The position numbers and the translations under genes are program-made. A stretch of DNA of 64,000 nt from an uncultured delta proteobacterium (GTDB taxonomy: Bacteria > Myxococcota > Myxococcia > Myxococcales > Anaeromyxobacteraceae): NCBI GenBank assembly GCA_963845515.1, contig CAWJSR010000028.1, positions 196,039 through 260,038 of the forward strand, read 5' to 3'. The stretch's first letter is position 1, and every line of letters starts with the position of its first letter. Of the stretch, positions 10,262-21,169 are shown one piece after another. The notes under the pieces were generated by a model. That model saw only the letters and a program-made list of their open reading frames with translations, had not been told where the DNA came from and searched no databases.

Positions 10262-12572
10262 TCAGGGCCTGCCCAGGTAGAAGTAGACGTTGCTGTTGCC
10301 GTCCTGCGTGTGGCCATAGGCCAGGTAGGCCGGACCGAGCGGCGTGTCCACGGCCAGGAACAGGCTGCCCGAGGCCACGTTGCCGCGGATGCCGGTGGGC
10401 ACCAGCGGCTGGCCCAGGCGCGCCGCCTCGATCGACGCGCCGACGTAGACGCCTTCGAGCAGCGGCATCTTGAAGAGCTGGTTCATGTAGCTCAGGCGGC
10501 CGTAGCTCATGGCGTCGTTGCGCAGCTGCCCGTCGCGGTAGCCGGTCATGCGCATGAAGCCGCCGAAGCTCAGGTAGTCGTACAACGGCAGCGGGTTGTC
10601 GCCGACCGCCCCGCCGCCGGCCAGCGCGAACTGGAAGGTGTGCGCACCGAAGGACTTGGCGCCCAGGAAGCGGGCGTTCCAGCGGTTGTAGGTGTCGCTC
10701 GCGCCCAGCCGCGTGGTCGAGCCGAGGATCTGCGCATCGAGGTTGTAGCCGCTGCGCGGGAAGCTGGTGCTGTCGAGCTGGTCGACGAACAGCCGCGCGC
10801 GCACGCGCACCGATGTCGCGCTTGATGCTGTACTGCGCCAGGATCGGCGCGCCGATCTGCAGGTCGGCGTCGCCCTGGCCGGCCAGCACGCCGACGCGCA
10901 GCTCGCCGTACTTGGTGAACTGGCTGCCCAGGTCCAGGCCGACCGTACCGATGCTGACGTTGTAGCGCGCCGTGAGGTTGTCGCCGTCGGGGCCGCCGTA
11001 GATGTCGGCCGGCCCGCTGGACCACTGCAGCCGCGGCGCGATGAAGAAGTACTGGCTGGGCACCAGCGGCTGGTAGAACTCGGTGAACAGCAAGCCGTCG
11101 TTGCCCACCTGGACGTCGGCGCGCCATTCGCCGCCCAGGCGGTTGAGCCAGGTGCGCCGGATGCTGGCCAGCAGGTTGAAGGCGTTGTCGCCCTGAAAGT
11201 CGCTGGACAGCGACAGGCCGAAGCGCACGTAGGTCGGCCCCCAGGCCTTCTCCACCGCCTGCACCGCCAGGATGCGGTGGTCGGGCTCGTCGATCAGCTG
11301 GTAGCCCACGTGCTCGAAATCGCCGCGCCCGTAGATGCGCCGCATGTCCAGGTCGAGCGTGGCCACGTCCAGCGGGTCGCCCACGGTGGTTTCCATGCTC
11401 TGGATGACGACCTCTTCGTTGACGCGCTCCAGGCCCTCGACGCGGATCTCGTCGACCTTGCGCGTGTCCTGTGCCACCACGCGCACCTGGCTCAGGCGGT
11501 GCTGCGCATACTGCTCGGGCGGCAGGCTGTAGCGCCTGAGCTGGTCGGCCACCTTGCGCGCCGCCGCCTCGCCGATGGGGATGGTGCTGGGCATGTTGTC
11601 GAAGTCGCCGGCCGAGAAGCTGCCCAGCTCGGGCAGGATCAGGATGTCCTGCGGCTGCAGCGATGCCAGCGAGGCGCCGACGTTCTGCTCGGTCAGGATG
11701 TTCAGCATCTGCAGCGCCACGCTGAAGGCCGAGGTGATCTGGTCGCGCTGCAGCAGCGGCGTGCCCAGGTTGACGGCGATGATGACCTCGGCACCCATGG
11801 CGCGCGCGATGTCCACCGGCAGGTTGCGCGTCAGGCCGCCGTCGACCAGCATCTTGCCGTCGATCTGCACCGGCGCGATGGCACCCGGCACCGACATGCT
11901 GGCACGCATCGCGGTGGCCAGGTCGCCGGACTTCAGCACCGTCATCTGGCCGCTGACCACGTCGGTGGCGATGGCGCGGAAGGGGATCGGCAATTTGTCG
12001 AAGTCCCAGTCGCCCTTGGCCAGCGCCAGCTCGCGCAGCACCGCCTCGAGCGCGACGCCGGTGATCGCGCCCTTGGGCAGCAGCAGCGAGCCGTCGCGGT
12101 AGCCGAACTGCGGGCCGATGTAGTCGAGCCAGTCCTCCTGCTTCAGGTGGATGGAGATCTCGGCCCGCGGCGGCCGGTCGCGCGTCAGCGTCTCGGTCTT
12201 GATCTTGGCGACGTCGCGCTCCATGTTCGACACCGTCTGCCCCGAGGCATAGGAGCCGCCGACGATGGAGCCCATGCTGGTGCCGGTGATCACGTCGACC
12301 GGCACACGCAGTTCTTCCAGCACCTTGAGCACACCGATGTGCGCCGCGCCGCGTGCGCCACCGCCCGACAGCACCAGGCCGATGCGCGGGCGCGGCGCCG
12401 GCAGTGCCGGCAAAGGTGCGGCCGATGCCGGCGGCTGAGGCGGCGTCGCTGCCGGGCCGCCGCCCAGGCCCTTGGGTTCGGCCGCCCCTACCGCCGCGGG
12501 CCAATTCAGCGCCAATGCCGTCAGCAAGGCCGCGGCCAAGCGCCAAGCCAGGCGCACAACGGGCCTGGCCAT
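10262..12572 (-). CDS. Patatin-like phospholipase with POTRA and BamA/TamA-type barrel (PlpD/type Vd-like), frameshift near 10805
   Basis: LSGGGARG, GTSMG, VDGG catalytic motifs; POTRA-like IRVEGLERV; C-terminal amphipathic strands ending DTPLGPAYLAYG...YFYLGRP. Confidence 0.9.
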
Positions 12573-12701
12573 CGATTCGGGGACGGACCGGGAAGGCATG
12601 CGGGAACGCTCGAAAGCAGGGTGGATTGCGGGCGAGCAGGTTCAAGGCCCTCGCAAGCGGCGGCGATGATAGCCTGCGTAGCATTGGTTTCCACTGCGGC
12701 G

Positions 12702-13307
12702 ATGCAAGAGCTTCCACCCCACCTTCCCGGCCGCAACCCGGCGCAGATGCTGGAGCGCACGCGCGCTCAATGGGCCGGGCGCGGCGACCTGTGGATCTTC
12801 GGCTATGCCTCGCTGATCTGGCGCCAGGAGTTCGAGGCGGTGGAGCACCGCAGCGCGCTGGTGCACGGCTGGCACCGTGCGCTGCGCATGCGCTCGCGCG
12901 TCAACCGCGGCACGCCGCAGACCCCCGGCCTGGTGTTTGCGCTGCTGCCCGGCGGCGCCTGCCGCGGCATGGTCTTCAGGCTGCGGCGCGACAGTGCCGA
13001 CGAGGAACTGGAACGCCTGTGGGCGCGCGAGATGCCCACCGGCGTGTACGACCCGCGCTGGCTGCCGGCACGTACGCCGCAGGGCGAGGTTCAGGCGCTG
13101 GCCTTCACGCTGAGCCGGCGCAGCGAGGCCTTCATGGGCCGGCTGGGCGACGAGCAGATCCTGCACATCCTGCGCCACGCCAGCGGACGCTACGGCAGCA
13201 CCCTTCAGTACCTGGCGACCACCGCGCATGCACTGCGCGAGCGCGGCGTGCATGATCGCGAGGTGCAGCGGCTGATGGCGCTGGCCGCCAAGCACGGACT
13301 GATTTGA
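12702..13307 (+). CDS. chaC: ChaC family gamma-glutamylcyclotransferase
   Basis: LWIFGYASLIW, RGTPQTPGLV, LWAREM, GRYGST..YL. Confidence 0.9.
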   Translation: MQELPPHLPGRNPAQMLERTRAQWAGRGDLWIFGYASLIWRQEFEAVEHRSALVHGWHRALRMRSRVNRGTPQTPGLVFALLPGGACRGMVFRLRRDSADEELERLWAREMPTGVYDPRWLPARTPQGEVQALAFTLSRRSEAFMGRLGDEQILHILRHASGRYGSTLQYLATTAHALRERGVHDREVQRLMALAAKHGLI

Positions 13308-13317
13308 GGACATCTCC

Positions 13318-13815
13318 ATGCAAATGCCCGCCCACCAACTGACGATGACGGTGCTGATGACACCGGACATGGCCAACTTCGCCGGCAACGTGCACGGCGG
13401 CACGGTGCTCAAGTTCCTGGATCAGGTGGCCTATGCCTGCGCCAGCCGCTACGCCGGCCGCTACGTCGTGACGCTCAGCGTCGACCAGGTGATGTTCCTG
13501 CAGCCGATCCACGTCGGCGAACTGGTGACCTTCCTCGCTGCCGTCAACCACACCGGCACCTCGTCGATGGAAGTGGGCATCAAGGTCGTGGCCGAGAGCA
13601 TCCGCACGCAGCAGAAGCGCCATGTCAACAGCTGCTTCTTCACGATGGTGGCGGTGGACGACGAGCGCCGGCCGGTCGCCGTGCCGGCGTTGCAGCCAGC
13701 ACCCGGTAACGAGGCGCGGCGCTACGAGGAAGCGGTGCTGCGCAAGCGTTTGCGCCAGGAACTGGCCGCGCGCTTCAAGTCGATCAGTGGCAAGGCGGTG
13801 GTGCCGCCGCTGTGA
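13318..13815 (+). CDS. Acyl-CoA thioesterase (hotdog fold)
   Basis: PDMANFAGNVHGG, VVTLSVD, GTSSMEVG. Confidence 0.93.
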   Translation: MQMPAHQLTMTVLMTPDMANFAGNVHGGTVLKFLDQVAYACASRYAGRYVVTLSVDQVMFLQPIHVGELVTFLAAVNHTGTSSMEVGIKVVAESIRTQQKRHVNSCFFTMVAVDDERRPVAVPALQPAPGNEARRYEEAVLRKRLRQELAARFKSISGKAVVPPL

Positions 13816-14408
13816 CGGCCGGATGGTTCAACCGAGCCCTTCGGAAAGCAAATGGACACCAAGAGCAGCGGCAGGCCCACCAACAACGAGGCAAGCGTGC
13901 TCAACTCCGGCACCACCGACACCGTCAGGATCAGGGGTTGGTCGGCCACGCGCGATGTCCAAGCATTTCCAAGGCCCAACAAGCCCTGGTAGGCCGGTTG
14001 GATAGCGTATGTCCCATTGGTGATCGGCGTGGCGGCTGGGTTCTCCAAGACGATGGAGAACACCGGAAGTGCCACGGACTGCCCCGGAAGGACTACGGTT
14101 GAACTCGGTACAGAGCTAAAGACGATCCGCGTCCCAAGCTCCGGGAGGAAGAAGTGACCGTCGCCAGGAAGTTCACTGACGGGCACTCCCCCAAACAACA
14201 GGTCTTCGGTCGAACTCGCGTCGTTGGAGAACTGCCCGAAGATGTAGCCTTCATAGGGAAGCGCGACTGTTTCCGGGCTGAACGACCACGACCAAACGGG
14301 TTCGCCACGCGCAACATTCACCGTGCACGCGATCAATGCCGCGGACATCCAACCGATACAGCGATTGGCTTTGTTGATCTGCGGTGCGACTTTCTGCACG
14401 AAAGGCAC
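13780..14408 (-). CDS. PEP-CTERM-like sorting-signal protein (VPEL variant); 3' end uncertain
   Basis: Signal-like N-terminus (..VARG), C-terminal VVPELSTLASLLVGLPLLL; lower GC than flanks. Confidence 0.7.
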
Positions 14409-14417
14409 AGTGCCCGA

Positions 14418-15128
14418 CTACCCGACGCTTGGCTTGCGGCGATAGAGCAGCAGGCCCACCCCCAGTCCGAGCAACAGCACACTCGCCGGCTCCGGCACTG
14501 CGGATATGGCAATCTCCGTCTGAGTATTGCCACCACCTGGGGAGGCGGGATTCAGAACGAAGGCAACAACGGCCGAGCCTGCGGCGATGTACTCGGTGAA
14601 GTTCCATTGTTTGACATTGTTGGCAAACGAATCAGAGGCCCGATCTGCACCGTTGATCGCGAGCCCAGCGTGCTGCGCCAAGCTGTTCCCAAAACCACCG
14701 GCACCACTGGCCGTGGTGCCCCCAATCGCGACCGTGAAGCTATAGGCGCCTGATGACGGGGCAATCCACCGGACAGCCGCATTGCCGTAGTCGCTCTCCA
14801 ACGATACCTTGCCAGGGCCGATGCCGAAGTCGGTGACCCCCGTCGTGTTCTTGTAGACGAAGACCTCATTCGGAGCGGCAACGCCGTAGCTGTTCGTGCC
14901 CGCGTTCCAGGAAAGCAGACTGAACGCCCCACTCGATAGCTGACCATAGCTCCACGGCCCGTTGGGGTTCTGATTTGCGACGTAGTCACCAGCGAGATTC
15001 CAGCTGGTGGCGCTGGGTGGATTGGGCGGAGGCAGGATGACGCCATCGTCGATGACAAACGCCTGGACCGGCACTGCAGCCATGATGGCGAACGCCATCG
15101 AAAGGCCCAAGACAATCGACTTCTTCAT
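14418..15128 (-). CDS. PEP-CTERM protein
   Basis: Signal peptide MKKSIV...VQA; C-terminal AVPEPASVLLLGLGVGLLLYRRK; NPNGPWSYG motif. Confidence 0.92.
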   Translation of the reverse strand: MKKSIVLGLSMAFAIMAAVPVQAFVIDDGVILPPPNPPSATSWNLAGDYVANQNPNGPWSYGQLSSGAFSLLSWNAGTNSYGVAAPNEVFVYKNTTGVTDFGIGPGKVSLESDYGNAAVRWIAPSSGAYSFTVAIGGTTASGAGGFGNSLAQHAGLAINGADRASDSFANNVKQWNFTEYIAAGSAVVAFVLNPASPGGGNTQTEIAISAVPEPASVLLLGLGVGLLLYRRKPSVG

Positions 15129-15183
15129 CTTCAACCCCCGCTGGATCTTGTACGGTGCATCATGCTCTGACATAGCGCGATGG

Positions 15184-15198
15184 GCAACTTGTATTCCA
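15184..15198 (-). promoter_or_regulatory. sigma-54 (-24/-12) promoter of the PEP-CTERM genes
   Basis: Minus strand TGGAATACAAGTTGC = GG-N10-GC with TGG/TTGC, about 55 bp upstream of the ATG. Confidence 0.7.
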
Positions 15199-15286
15199 CT
15201 CGTGTCCCTAACATTGACGCTGCCGTCCTCGACAAACCCTGGCCAATGGGAGCGAAAGCAGCCGGGGATGGGCAGTTCGGGAATCG

Positions 15287-15475
15287 TCAGCGCAAGAAGA
15301 TCAACGATGCGCGCGCACGCAGTTGGGCCGCACGTTCTGGATCTGTGGATTCGATGGCGTTCGCTTCACGGTGCAAGCCTTCCATTTCCTCCACCTTGTC
15401 GACGATCCTGTTCGGGCTCGACAACGCGTCCAGGACGGCATCGATTTCGTGAGCAAGGGCTGCAACGGCAGCCAT
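15287..15475 (-). CDS. Small helical hypothetical protein (62 aa)
   Basis: MAAVAALAHEIDAVLDALSSPNRIVDKVEEMEGLHREANAIESTDPERAAQLRARASLIFLR; protein-like composition. Confidence 0.55.
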   Translation of the reverse strand: MAAVAALAHEIDAVLDALSSPNRIVDKVEEMEGLHREANAIESTDPERAAQLRARASLIFLR

Positions 15476-15728
15476 GATCCGAGCGCGCCGGCCGGTGGAA
15501 CTGTGCATCGATGCTCGCATGGTCATTCCCCTGCACAGCCGCCGGTCGACGCAGTCGGGAACGACAGGGCGGCGGCTGTCTGAACCGGGCCACCGCGGGT
15601 GGGCGTCGGTCGGCCGCAGCCAGCATAGGATCCAGCCGCTTTCGCGCATCCGGAACATTGGGGATGTGCCAGCACAACCGAGCATCGGTCCGGCTGCCCA
15701 CGGTCAGCCGTCGAAAACGGCCGACGGC

Positions 15729-16775
15729 TCAGCCGGCCGAGAAGACCTGGTCGAGCTGTGTGCGCCAGCGCTGCTTGTACGCATCTTCGACAAAGCTGGA
15801 CTCGAAGCTGTTGGCCGCCAGCTGCCAGGCATGGTGCGCCGTCAGCGCCGGCAGCGCGTCGAAGGTCTGCACGAAGTTGTCGTTGATGTAGCCGCCGAAG
15901 TAGGCCGGATCGTCGCTGTTGACGGTGGCGCACAGGCCGGCGTCGAGCAGCGCCTTCAGGTTGTGCTGGGCCAGCGTCGGGAACACGCACAGCTTGACGT
16001 TGGACAGCGGGCACACCGTCAGCGGCATGCGCAGCGCGGCCAGGCGCTGCACCAGCGCCGGACTCTCGACACAGCGCACGCCATGGTCGATGCGCTCGAC
16101 CTTCAGCACGTCGAGCGCGGCCTCGATGTAGGCGGGCGGCCCCTCCTCTCCCGCATGCGCGACGACATGCAGGCCCAGTTCGCGACACTTCGCGAACACG
16201 CGCGCGAACTTCTCCGGCGGGTTGCCGCGCTCGCCGCTGTCCAAGCCCACGCCGATGAAGTGGTGGCGATAGGGCAGCGCCTGCTGCAGCGTGGCGAACG
16301 CGGCCTCTTCGCTGAGGTGGCGCAGGAAGCACAGGATCAGCTTCGCGCTGATGCCGAACTCGGCATGCGCGCGGCGGCACGCGTGGTCCAGGCCGACGAT
16401 CACCGCTTCGATGGGCACGCCGCGATCGGTGTGTGTCTGCGGGTCGAAGAAGATTTCCGCATGCACCACGTTGTCGGCCGCGGCGCGTTCGAAGTAGGCC
16501 CAGGCCATGTCGAAGAAGTCTTCTTCCTTCAACAGCACCGCCGCGCCAGCGTAGTACAGGTCGAGAAAACTCTGCAGGTCGGTGAAGGCATAGGCCGCGC
16601 GCAGCGCCTCGACGCTGCGGTACGGCAAGGCGACACCGTTGCGCTGCGCGAGCTTGAAGATCAGCTCCGGCTCGAGCGAGCCTTCGATGTGCACATGCAG
16701 TTCGGCCTTGGGCATGGTGCGCAGCAGCGCCGGCAGGCGCTCACGCGCGATGGCGTCGAAATCGATCTGGGGCAT
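15729..16775 (-). CDS. Adenosine deaminase family protein, probable adenine deaminase
   Basis: PKAELHVHIEGS, FFDPQTH, GLDSGE, AHAGE, RIDHG, TVCPLSN, NSDDP. Confidence 0.93.
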   Translation of the reverse strand: MPQIDFDAIARERLPALLRTMPKAELHVHIEGSLEPELIFKLAQRNGVALPYRSVEALRAAYAFTDLQSFLDLYYAGAAVLLKEEDFFDMAWAYFERAAADNVVHAEIFFDPQTHTDRGVPIEAVIVGLDHACRRAHAEFGISAKLILCFLRHLSEEAAFATLQQALPYRHHFIGVGLDSGERGNPPEKFARVFAKCRELGLHVVAHAGEEGPPAYIEAALDVLKVERIDHGVRCVESPALVQRLAALRMPLTVCPLSNVKLCVFPTLAQHNLKALLDAGLCATVNSDDPAYFGGYINDNFVQTFDALPALTAHHAWQLAANSFESSFVEDAYKQRWRTQLDQVFSAG

Positions 16776-16823
16776 GGGCATCGGCCGGTGGGTTGGCAAT
16801 GCCCCATTCTGCCGCTGCGCCGG

Positions 16824-17846
16824 TCAGGCTGCGGCCCAGGCGACCAGTTCGCGCCGCAGCCGGGCCTTGGTGGCGTCGTCGGCGAAGCAGGCATCGATCG
16901 AGGTCGCGGCCAAGTCACGCAGTACCGAGTCGCTCCAGCCGAAATGCTGTTGGCACAGCGCGTACTCGCGCGGCAGCGTGGTCCCGAGCAGGCTCGGATC
17001 GTCGGTGTTCAGCGACACCGCGACGCCGGCGCGCCGCAGCGCATCGACCGGATGGGCCTGCAGCGACGGGTAGACCTTCAGCACCAGGTTCGAGCTCGGG
17101 CACACGCCGAGCGGGATGCGACGCCGTGCCAGCAGCGCGACCAGCGCCGGATCCTCGATCGCGCGCACGCCGTGGTCGATGCGGTCGGCACCGAGCAGTT
17201 CGATCGCGTCGCGCACCCCCGCGGCTCCGCTCGACTCGCCTGCATGAACGGTACGGCGCAGCCCGGCCGCGCCAGCGCGGCGGAAAGCCTCGGCAAAACG
17301 CGGTCCGGAGCGCCCGGTGGCCGCCTCGTTGCCGTCGACCGACAACGCCACCACGCGCGGGTGCCTCCAGGCAATCAGCGCTTCGACCAGTTCCAGCGCC
17401 TCGGCCTGCGTCTGCGTGCGCAACAGGCTGATGCACAGCCCCACCCGCGGCAGCCCGTCCTGTTCGGCTTCGCGGAAGCCCGCGTCGAGGGCATCGAGCA
17501 TCGCGCGCAGCCGGCCATGCCATGGGCCCCAGTGCGTCGGGTTGACGATCAGGTCGGCATAGCCGGTGCCGTCCTCGGCCAGGCGGCGGCAGAAGTCTCG
17601 CGCCAGATCGGCGAGCCGCTCGGCACGGTCGGCCAGGTGGCAGGCCCAGTCGAGGAATTCGAGGAAATCGGCCAGCCCCTGGAAGTGGAACAGCGATTCG
17701 CGCGGCCGCGGCATGGCCACGCCGGCGGCGCGTGCCCAGCGCTCCAGCGTGGCCGCTTCGAAGGTGCCTTCCAGGTGCACGTGCACCTCGGCTTTGGGCA
17801 GCGACTTCAGGCGCTGCAGGTCGATGGCAGAAGGCGGATCGTTCAT
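16824..17846 (-). CDS. Second adenosine deaminase family paralog
   Basis: PKAEVHVHLEGT, TVHAGE, DRIDHG, VCPSSN, NTDDP. Confidence 0.92.
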   Translation of the reverse strand: MNDPPSAIDLQRLKSLPKAEVHVHLEGTFEAATLERWARAAGVAMPRPRESLFHFQGLADFLEFLDWACHLADRAERLADLARDFCRRLAEDGTGYADLIVNPTHWGPWHGRLRAMLDALDAGFREAEQDGLPRVGLCISLLRTQTQAEALELVEALIAWRHPRVVALSVDGNEAATGRSGPRFAEAFRRAGAAGLRRTVHAGESSGAAGVRDAIELLGADRIDHGVRAIEDPALVALLARRRIPLGVCPSSNLVLKVYPSLQAHPVDALRRAGVAVSLNTDDPSLLGTTLPREYALCQQHFGWSDSVLRDLAATSIDACFADDATKARLRRELVAWAAA

Positions 17847-17864
17847 GCCGGTCTCGGACAGACG

Positions 17865-17892
17865 AAAAACGCCGCCGGGCGCGCGGCGGCGT
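17865..17892 (-). terminator. Rho-independent terminator after the BMP gene
   Basis: Minus strand ACGCCGCCG-loop-CGGCGGCG followed by TTTTT. Confidence 0.7.
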
Positions 17893-17909
17893 CGATCGCC
17901 GGAGCGGTC

Positions 17910-19062
17910 TTACTTGCCGGCCGGGATCTTGCCGTCCACGCCCTTGACGTAGAAGTCGACCTTGTCCTTCCAGGCCTGGTCGGGCATCGCGTCCTTGGGC
18001 AGGCGTTCCTTGCCTTCGTTGTCGACGATCGGGCCCTTGAACGGGTCCATCGTGCCGGCCTTGTAGCCTTCCTTGACCTCGGCGATCTTCTTCTTGATCT
18101 CCTCGGGCACGGCGTCGTTGATCTTGATCACGCCGTTGGCGTCTTCCTTGTAGCCCCAGATGGTGCGCTCGGACTTCCAGGTGCCGTCCATCACCGACTT
18201 GACGGCCTTCTTGTAGTACGGGCCCCAAACACCATGTTCGACGCCAGGTGCGCCTTCGGCGCCACCGCGCTCATGTCGGCGTCCCAGCCGAAGGCGAACT
18301 TGCCGTTCTTCTCGGCCGTCTGCAGCACCGCCGACGAGTCGGTGTTCTGCAGCAGCACGTCGGCGCCGGCGTTGATCAGGCTCTGCGCGGCCTCGGCTTC
18401 CTTCGGCGGATCGAACCAGGTGCTGACCCACACCACCTTGGTCTTGATCTTCGGGTTGACGCTCTGCGCACCCAGCGTGAAGGCGTTGATGTTGCGCAGC
18501 ACTTCAGGGATCGGGAAGCTGCCGACGAAGCCCAGCGTGTTGGTCTTGGTCATCGCGCCGGCGATGATGCCCGACAGGTACGCGTCCTGGTAGAAGCGGG
18601 TGTCGTACACGCCCATGTTCGGCGCCAGCTTGTAGCCGGTGGCATGCTCGAACTTGACGTCGGGGAACTCGGCCGCCACCTTCAGCGTCGGCTCCATGTA
18701 GCCGAAGCAGGTGGTGAAGATGATCTTGTTGCCCTGCGCCGCCAGGTCGCGGATCACGCGCTCGGCGTCGGCGCTCTCGGGCACCTTCTCGACGAAGGTG
18801 GTCTTGACCTTGTCGCCGAACTCGGCCTCGACCGCCTTGCGGCCCTGGTCGTGCGCGAAGGTCCAGCCGGCATCGCCGACCGGGCCGATGTAGACCCAGG
18901 CGGCCTTCAGCGGCTCGGCGGCGGGCGCGGCGGCAGCCGCCGGCGCGGATGCGGGCGCGGCGGCCTGCGGCGCGCGGCTCTTCCTTCTTGCCGCAACCGA
19001 CCAGCGCGGCCACGCCGCCGCGGCCGCCAGCCCAGCAGGCTGCGTTTGGAGAAGGTGCTCAT
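17910..19062 (-). CDS. BMP family ABC transporter substrate-binding lipoprotein (purine/nucleoside), frameshifted
   Basis: LVGC lipobox, YIGPVGDAGWTFAHDQGR, FEHATG, INAFTLGA, WFDPPKE. Confidence 0.92.
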
Positions 19063-19147
19063 GGGGAGATCTCCTCTTGTGGGTGGTTGAGCCACTGACC
19101 AACGAGTTCAGCGGCCGCCTTCGCGGTCCGCTGCAACGAGAAAACGA

Positions 19148-20068
19148 TTATGTGCCGGGGTGGAAGGGCTTCCCCAGCGAGGCCGGCATGTTGATGCGGA
19201 TCCACGTCGGGTTGCGGCTGATGATGGCCAGCACCACGATGGTGGCGATGTAGGGCAGCATCGCCAGCAACTGGCTGGAGAAGTTGACGCCCGCGCCCTG
19301 CAGCGCGAACTGCGCCATCGTCACGCCGCCGAACAGATAGGCGCCGAGCAACACGCGCACCGGCCGCCAGGTGGCGAAGGTGGTCAGCGCCAGCGCGATC
19401 CAGCCGCGCCCGGCCACCAGCCCTTCGACCCACAGCGGCGCATAGACCACCGACAGGAAGGCCCCGGCCACGCCGCACAGCGCACCGCCGGCCACCACCG
19501 CCACCAGGCGGATCCAGCGCACCTTGTAGCCCAGCGCATGCGCCGACTCGGGCGATTCGCCCACCGCGCGCAGCACCAGCCCGGCGCGGCTGCGGTAGAG
19601 GAACCACACGGTCGCGGCCATCAGCAGCACCGCGATGTAGACCATCGGATGCTGCTTGAACAGCGCCGGCCCGATGAACGGGATCTGCCACAGGCCCGGC
19701 ACCTCGAAGGGCGTGCGCTCCGACAGCTTCTGGCCGACGTAGCCGACGCCGACGAAGGCCGAGAAGCCGTAGCCGAACAGGCTGATCGCCAGCCCGGTGG
19801 CGTACTGGTTGGTGTTGAGCCAGATGACCAGCGCACCGAAGGCGGCCGCCAGCAGGCCACCGGCCGCCGCGCCGGCAATGAAGGCCGCGGTGTCGCTGCC
19901 GGTGGTGAAGGCGGCGGCAAAACCGGCGATGGCGGCGACGAGCATCATGCCCTCCGCGCCCAGGTTCAGCACCCCGGCCTTCTCGTTGATGAGCAGGCCC
20001 AGACCGGCCAGCGCCAGCGGTGTGCCCGAGGCCAGCGTGGCCGCGATCAGCAGTGCGATTTGGTCCAT
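19148..20068 (-). CDS. Nucleoside ABC transporter permease
   Basis: EKAGVLNLGAEG, LRAVGESPESA, AGRGWIALAL. Confidence 0.93.
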   Translation of the reverse strand: MDQIALLIAATLASGTPLALAGLGLLINEKAGVLNLGAEGMMLVAAIAGFAAAFTTGSDTAAFIAGAAAGGLLAAAFGALVIWLNTNQYATGLAISLFGYGFSAFVGVGYVGQKLSERTPFEVPGLWQIPFIGPALFKQHPMVYIAVLLMAATVWFLYRSRAGLVLRAVGESPESAHALGYKVRWIRLVAVVAGGALCGVAGAFLSVVYAPLWVEGLVAGRGWIALALTTFATWRPVRVLLGAYLFGGVTMAQFALQGAGVNFSSQLLAMLPYIATIVVLAIISRNPTWIRINMPASLGKPFHPGT

Positions 20069-20081
20069 GGTGGCGGCTTTC

Positions 20082-21169
20082 TCAGTGTGCAGCCGCGAGC
20101 GCGGAGCGCACGCGGATGCGGTAGTGGATCAAGGTGTCGCAGGCCAGCAGCACCAGCAGCAGCAGCCCCTGGAACACGCCGGTCAGCGCGTTCGGCAGGC
20201 CCAGGCGCGACTGGCCGAGCTCGCCGCCGATGATCATGGTCGACAGCAGCAGGCCCGCGAAGATGATGCCCACCGGATGCAGCCGGCCGACGAAGCAGAC
20301 GATGATGGCGGTGAAGCCCAGCCCGGTGGACACATGCGGCGTGATCTGCTTGAAGGTGCCGATGGCCTCGATGCCGCCGGCCAGCCCGGCCAGGCCGCCG
20401 GAGATCAGCAGCGCGGTCCACAGCGAGGTGCTGGCCGAGAAGCCCGCGTAACGCGCCGCCGCCGGCGCCAGCCCGCCCACCTGCAGCTGGTAGCCGCGGA
20501 ACAGGCGGAACATGAACACCCAGGCCAGCGCCACCAGCACCAGCGCGATGAGGAAGCCGATGTGCAGCCGCGTGCCGCTCATCAGGTTGGGCAGCCAGGT
20601 GGAGGCGTCGAAGTTCTTGGTCTGCGGGAAGTTGAAGCCGGCCGGGTCCTTCCACGGGCCGAAGACCATGTAGTTGACGAGCTGCTGCGCCACGTACACC
20701 AGCATCAGGCTGACCAGGATCTCGCTGGCATTGAACTTGTCGCGCAGCAGCGCGGTGATGCCGGCCCAGGCCATGCCGCCGAGCACGCCGCCGGCCAGCA
20801 CCAGCGGCACGGCGATGATCTTCGGCAGCACGATGCCGCTGGTGGTGAGCCACAGCGCGACGCCGCCGCCGGTGAGCACGCCCGAGCAGGAACTGCCCTT
20901 CGGCACCGATGTTCCAGACGTTGGAGCGGTAGCACACCGCCAGGCCGAGCGCGATGACGATCAGCGGCGTGGCCTTGAGCACGCACCTCGCTGATCTGGC
21001 GCATGCTGGAGAAGGGCTCGACGAAGAACATGCCCAGGCCGCGCACCGGGTCCTTGCCGAGCGCCACGAACAGCAGCGCGGCGATGATCGCGGTGAGCAC
21101 CAGCGCCAGCAGCGGCGACAGCAGCGACATCAGCTTCGAGGGCTGCGGGCGGGCTTCAAGCCTGAGCAT
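20082..21169 (-). CDS. Nucleoside ABC transporter permease, frameshifted
   Basis: KATPL, WNIGAEGQF, SEILVSLML, GFTAIIVCFVGRLHP. Confidence 0.9.

Noticed and set aside
15474..18593. Very long antisense ORFs (also 7521-9578, 10767-12700, 37873-40317)
   Set aside because: Shadow ORFs opposite real high-GC genes, with no recognisable motifs.
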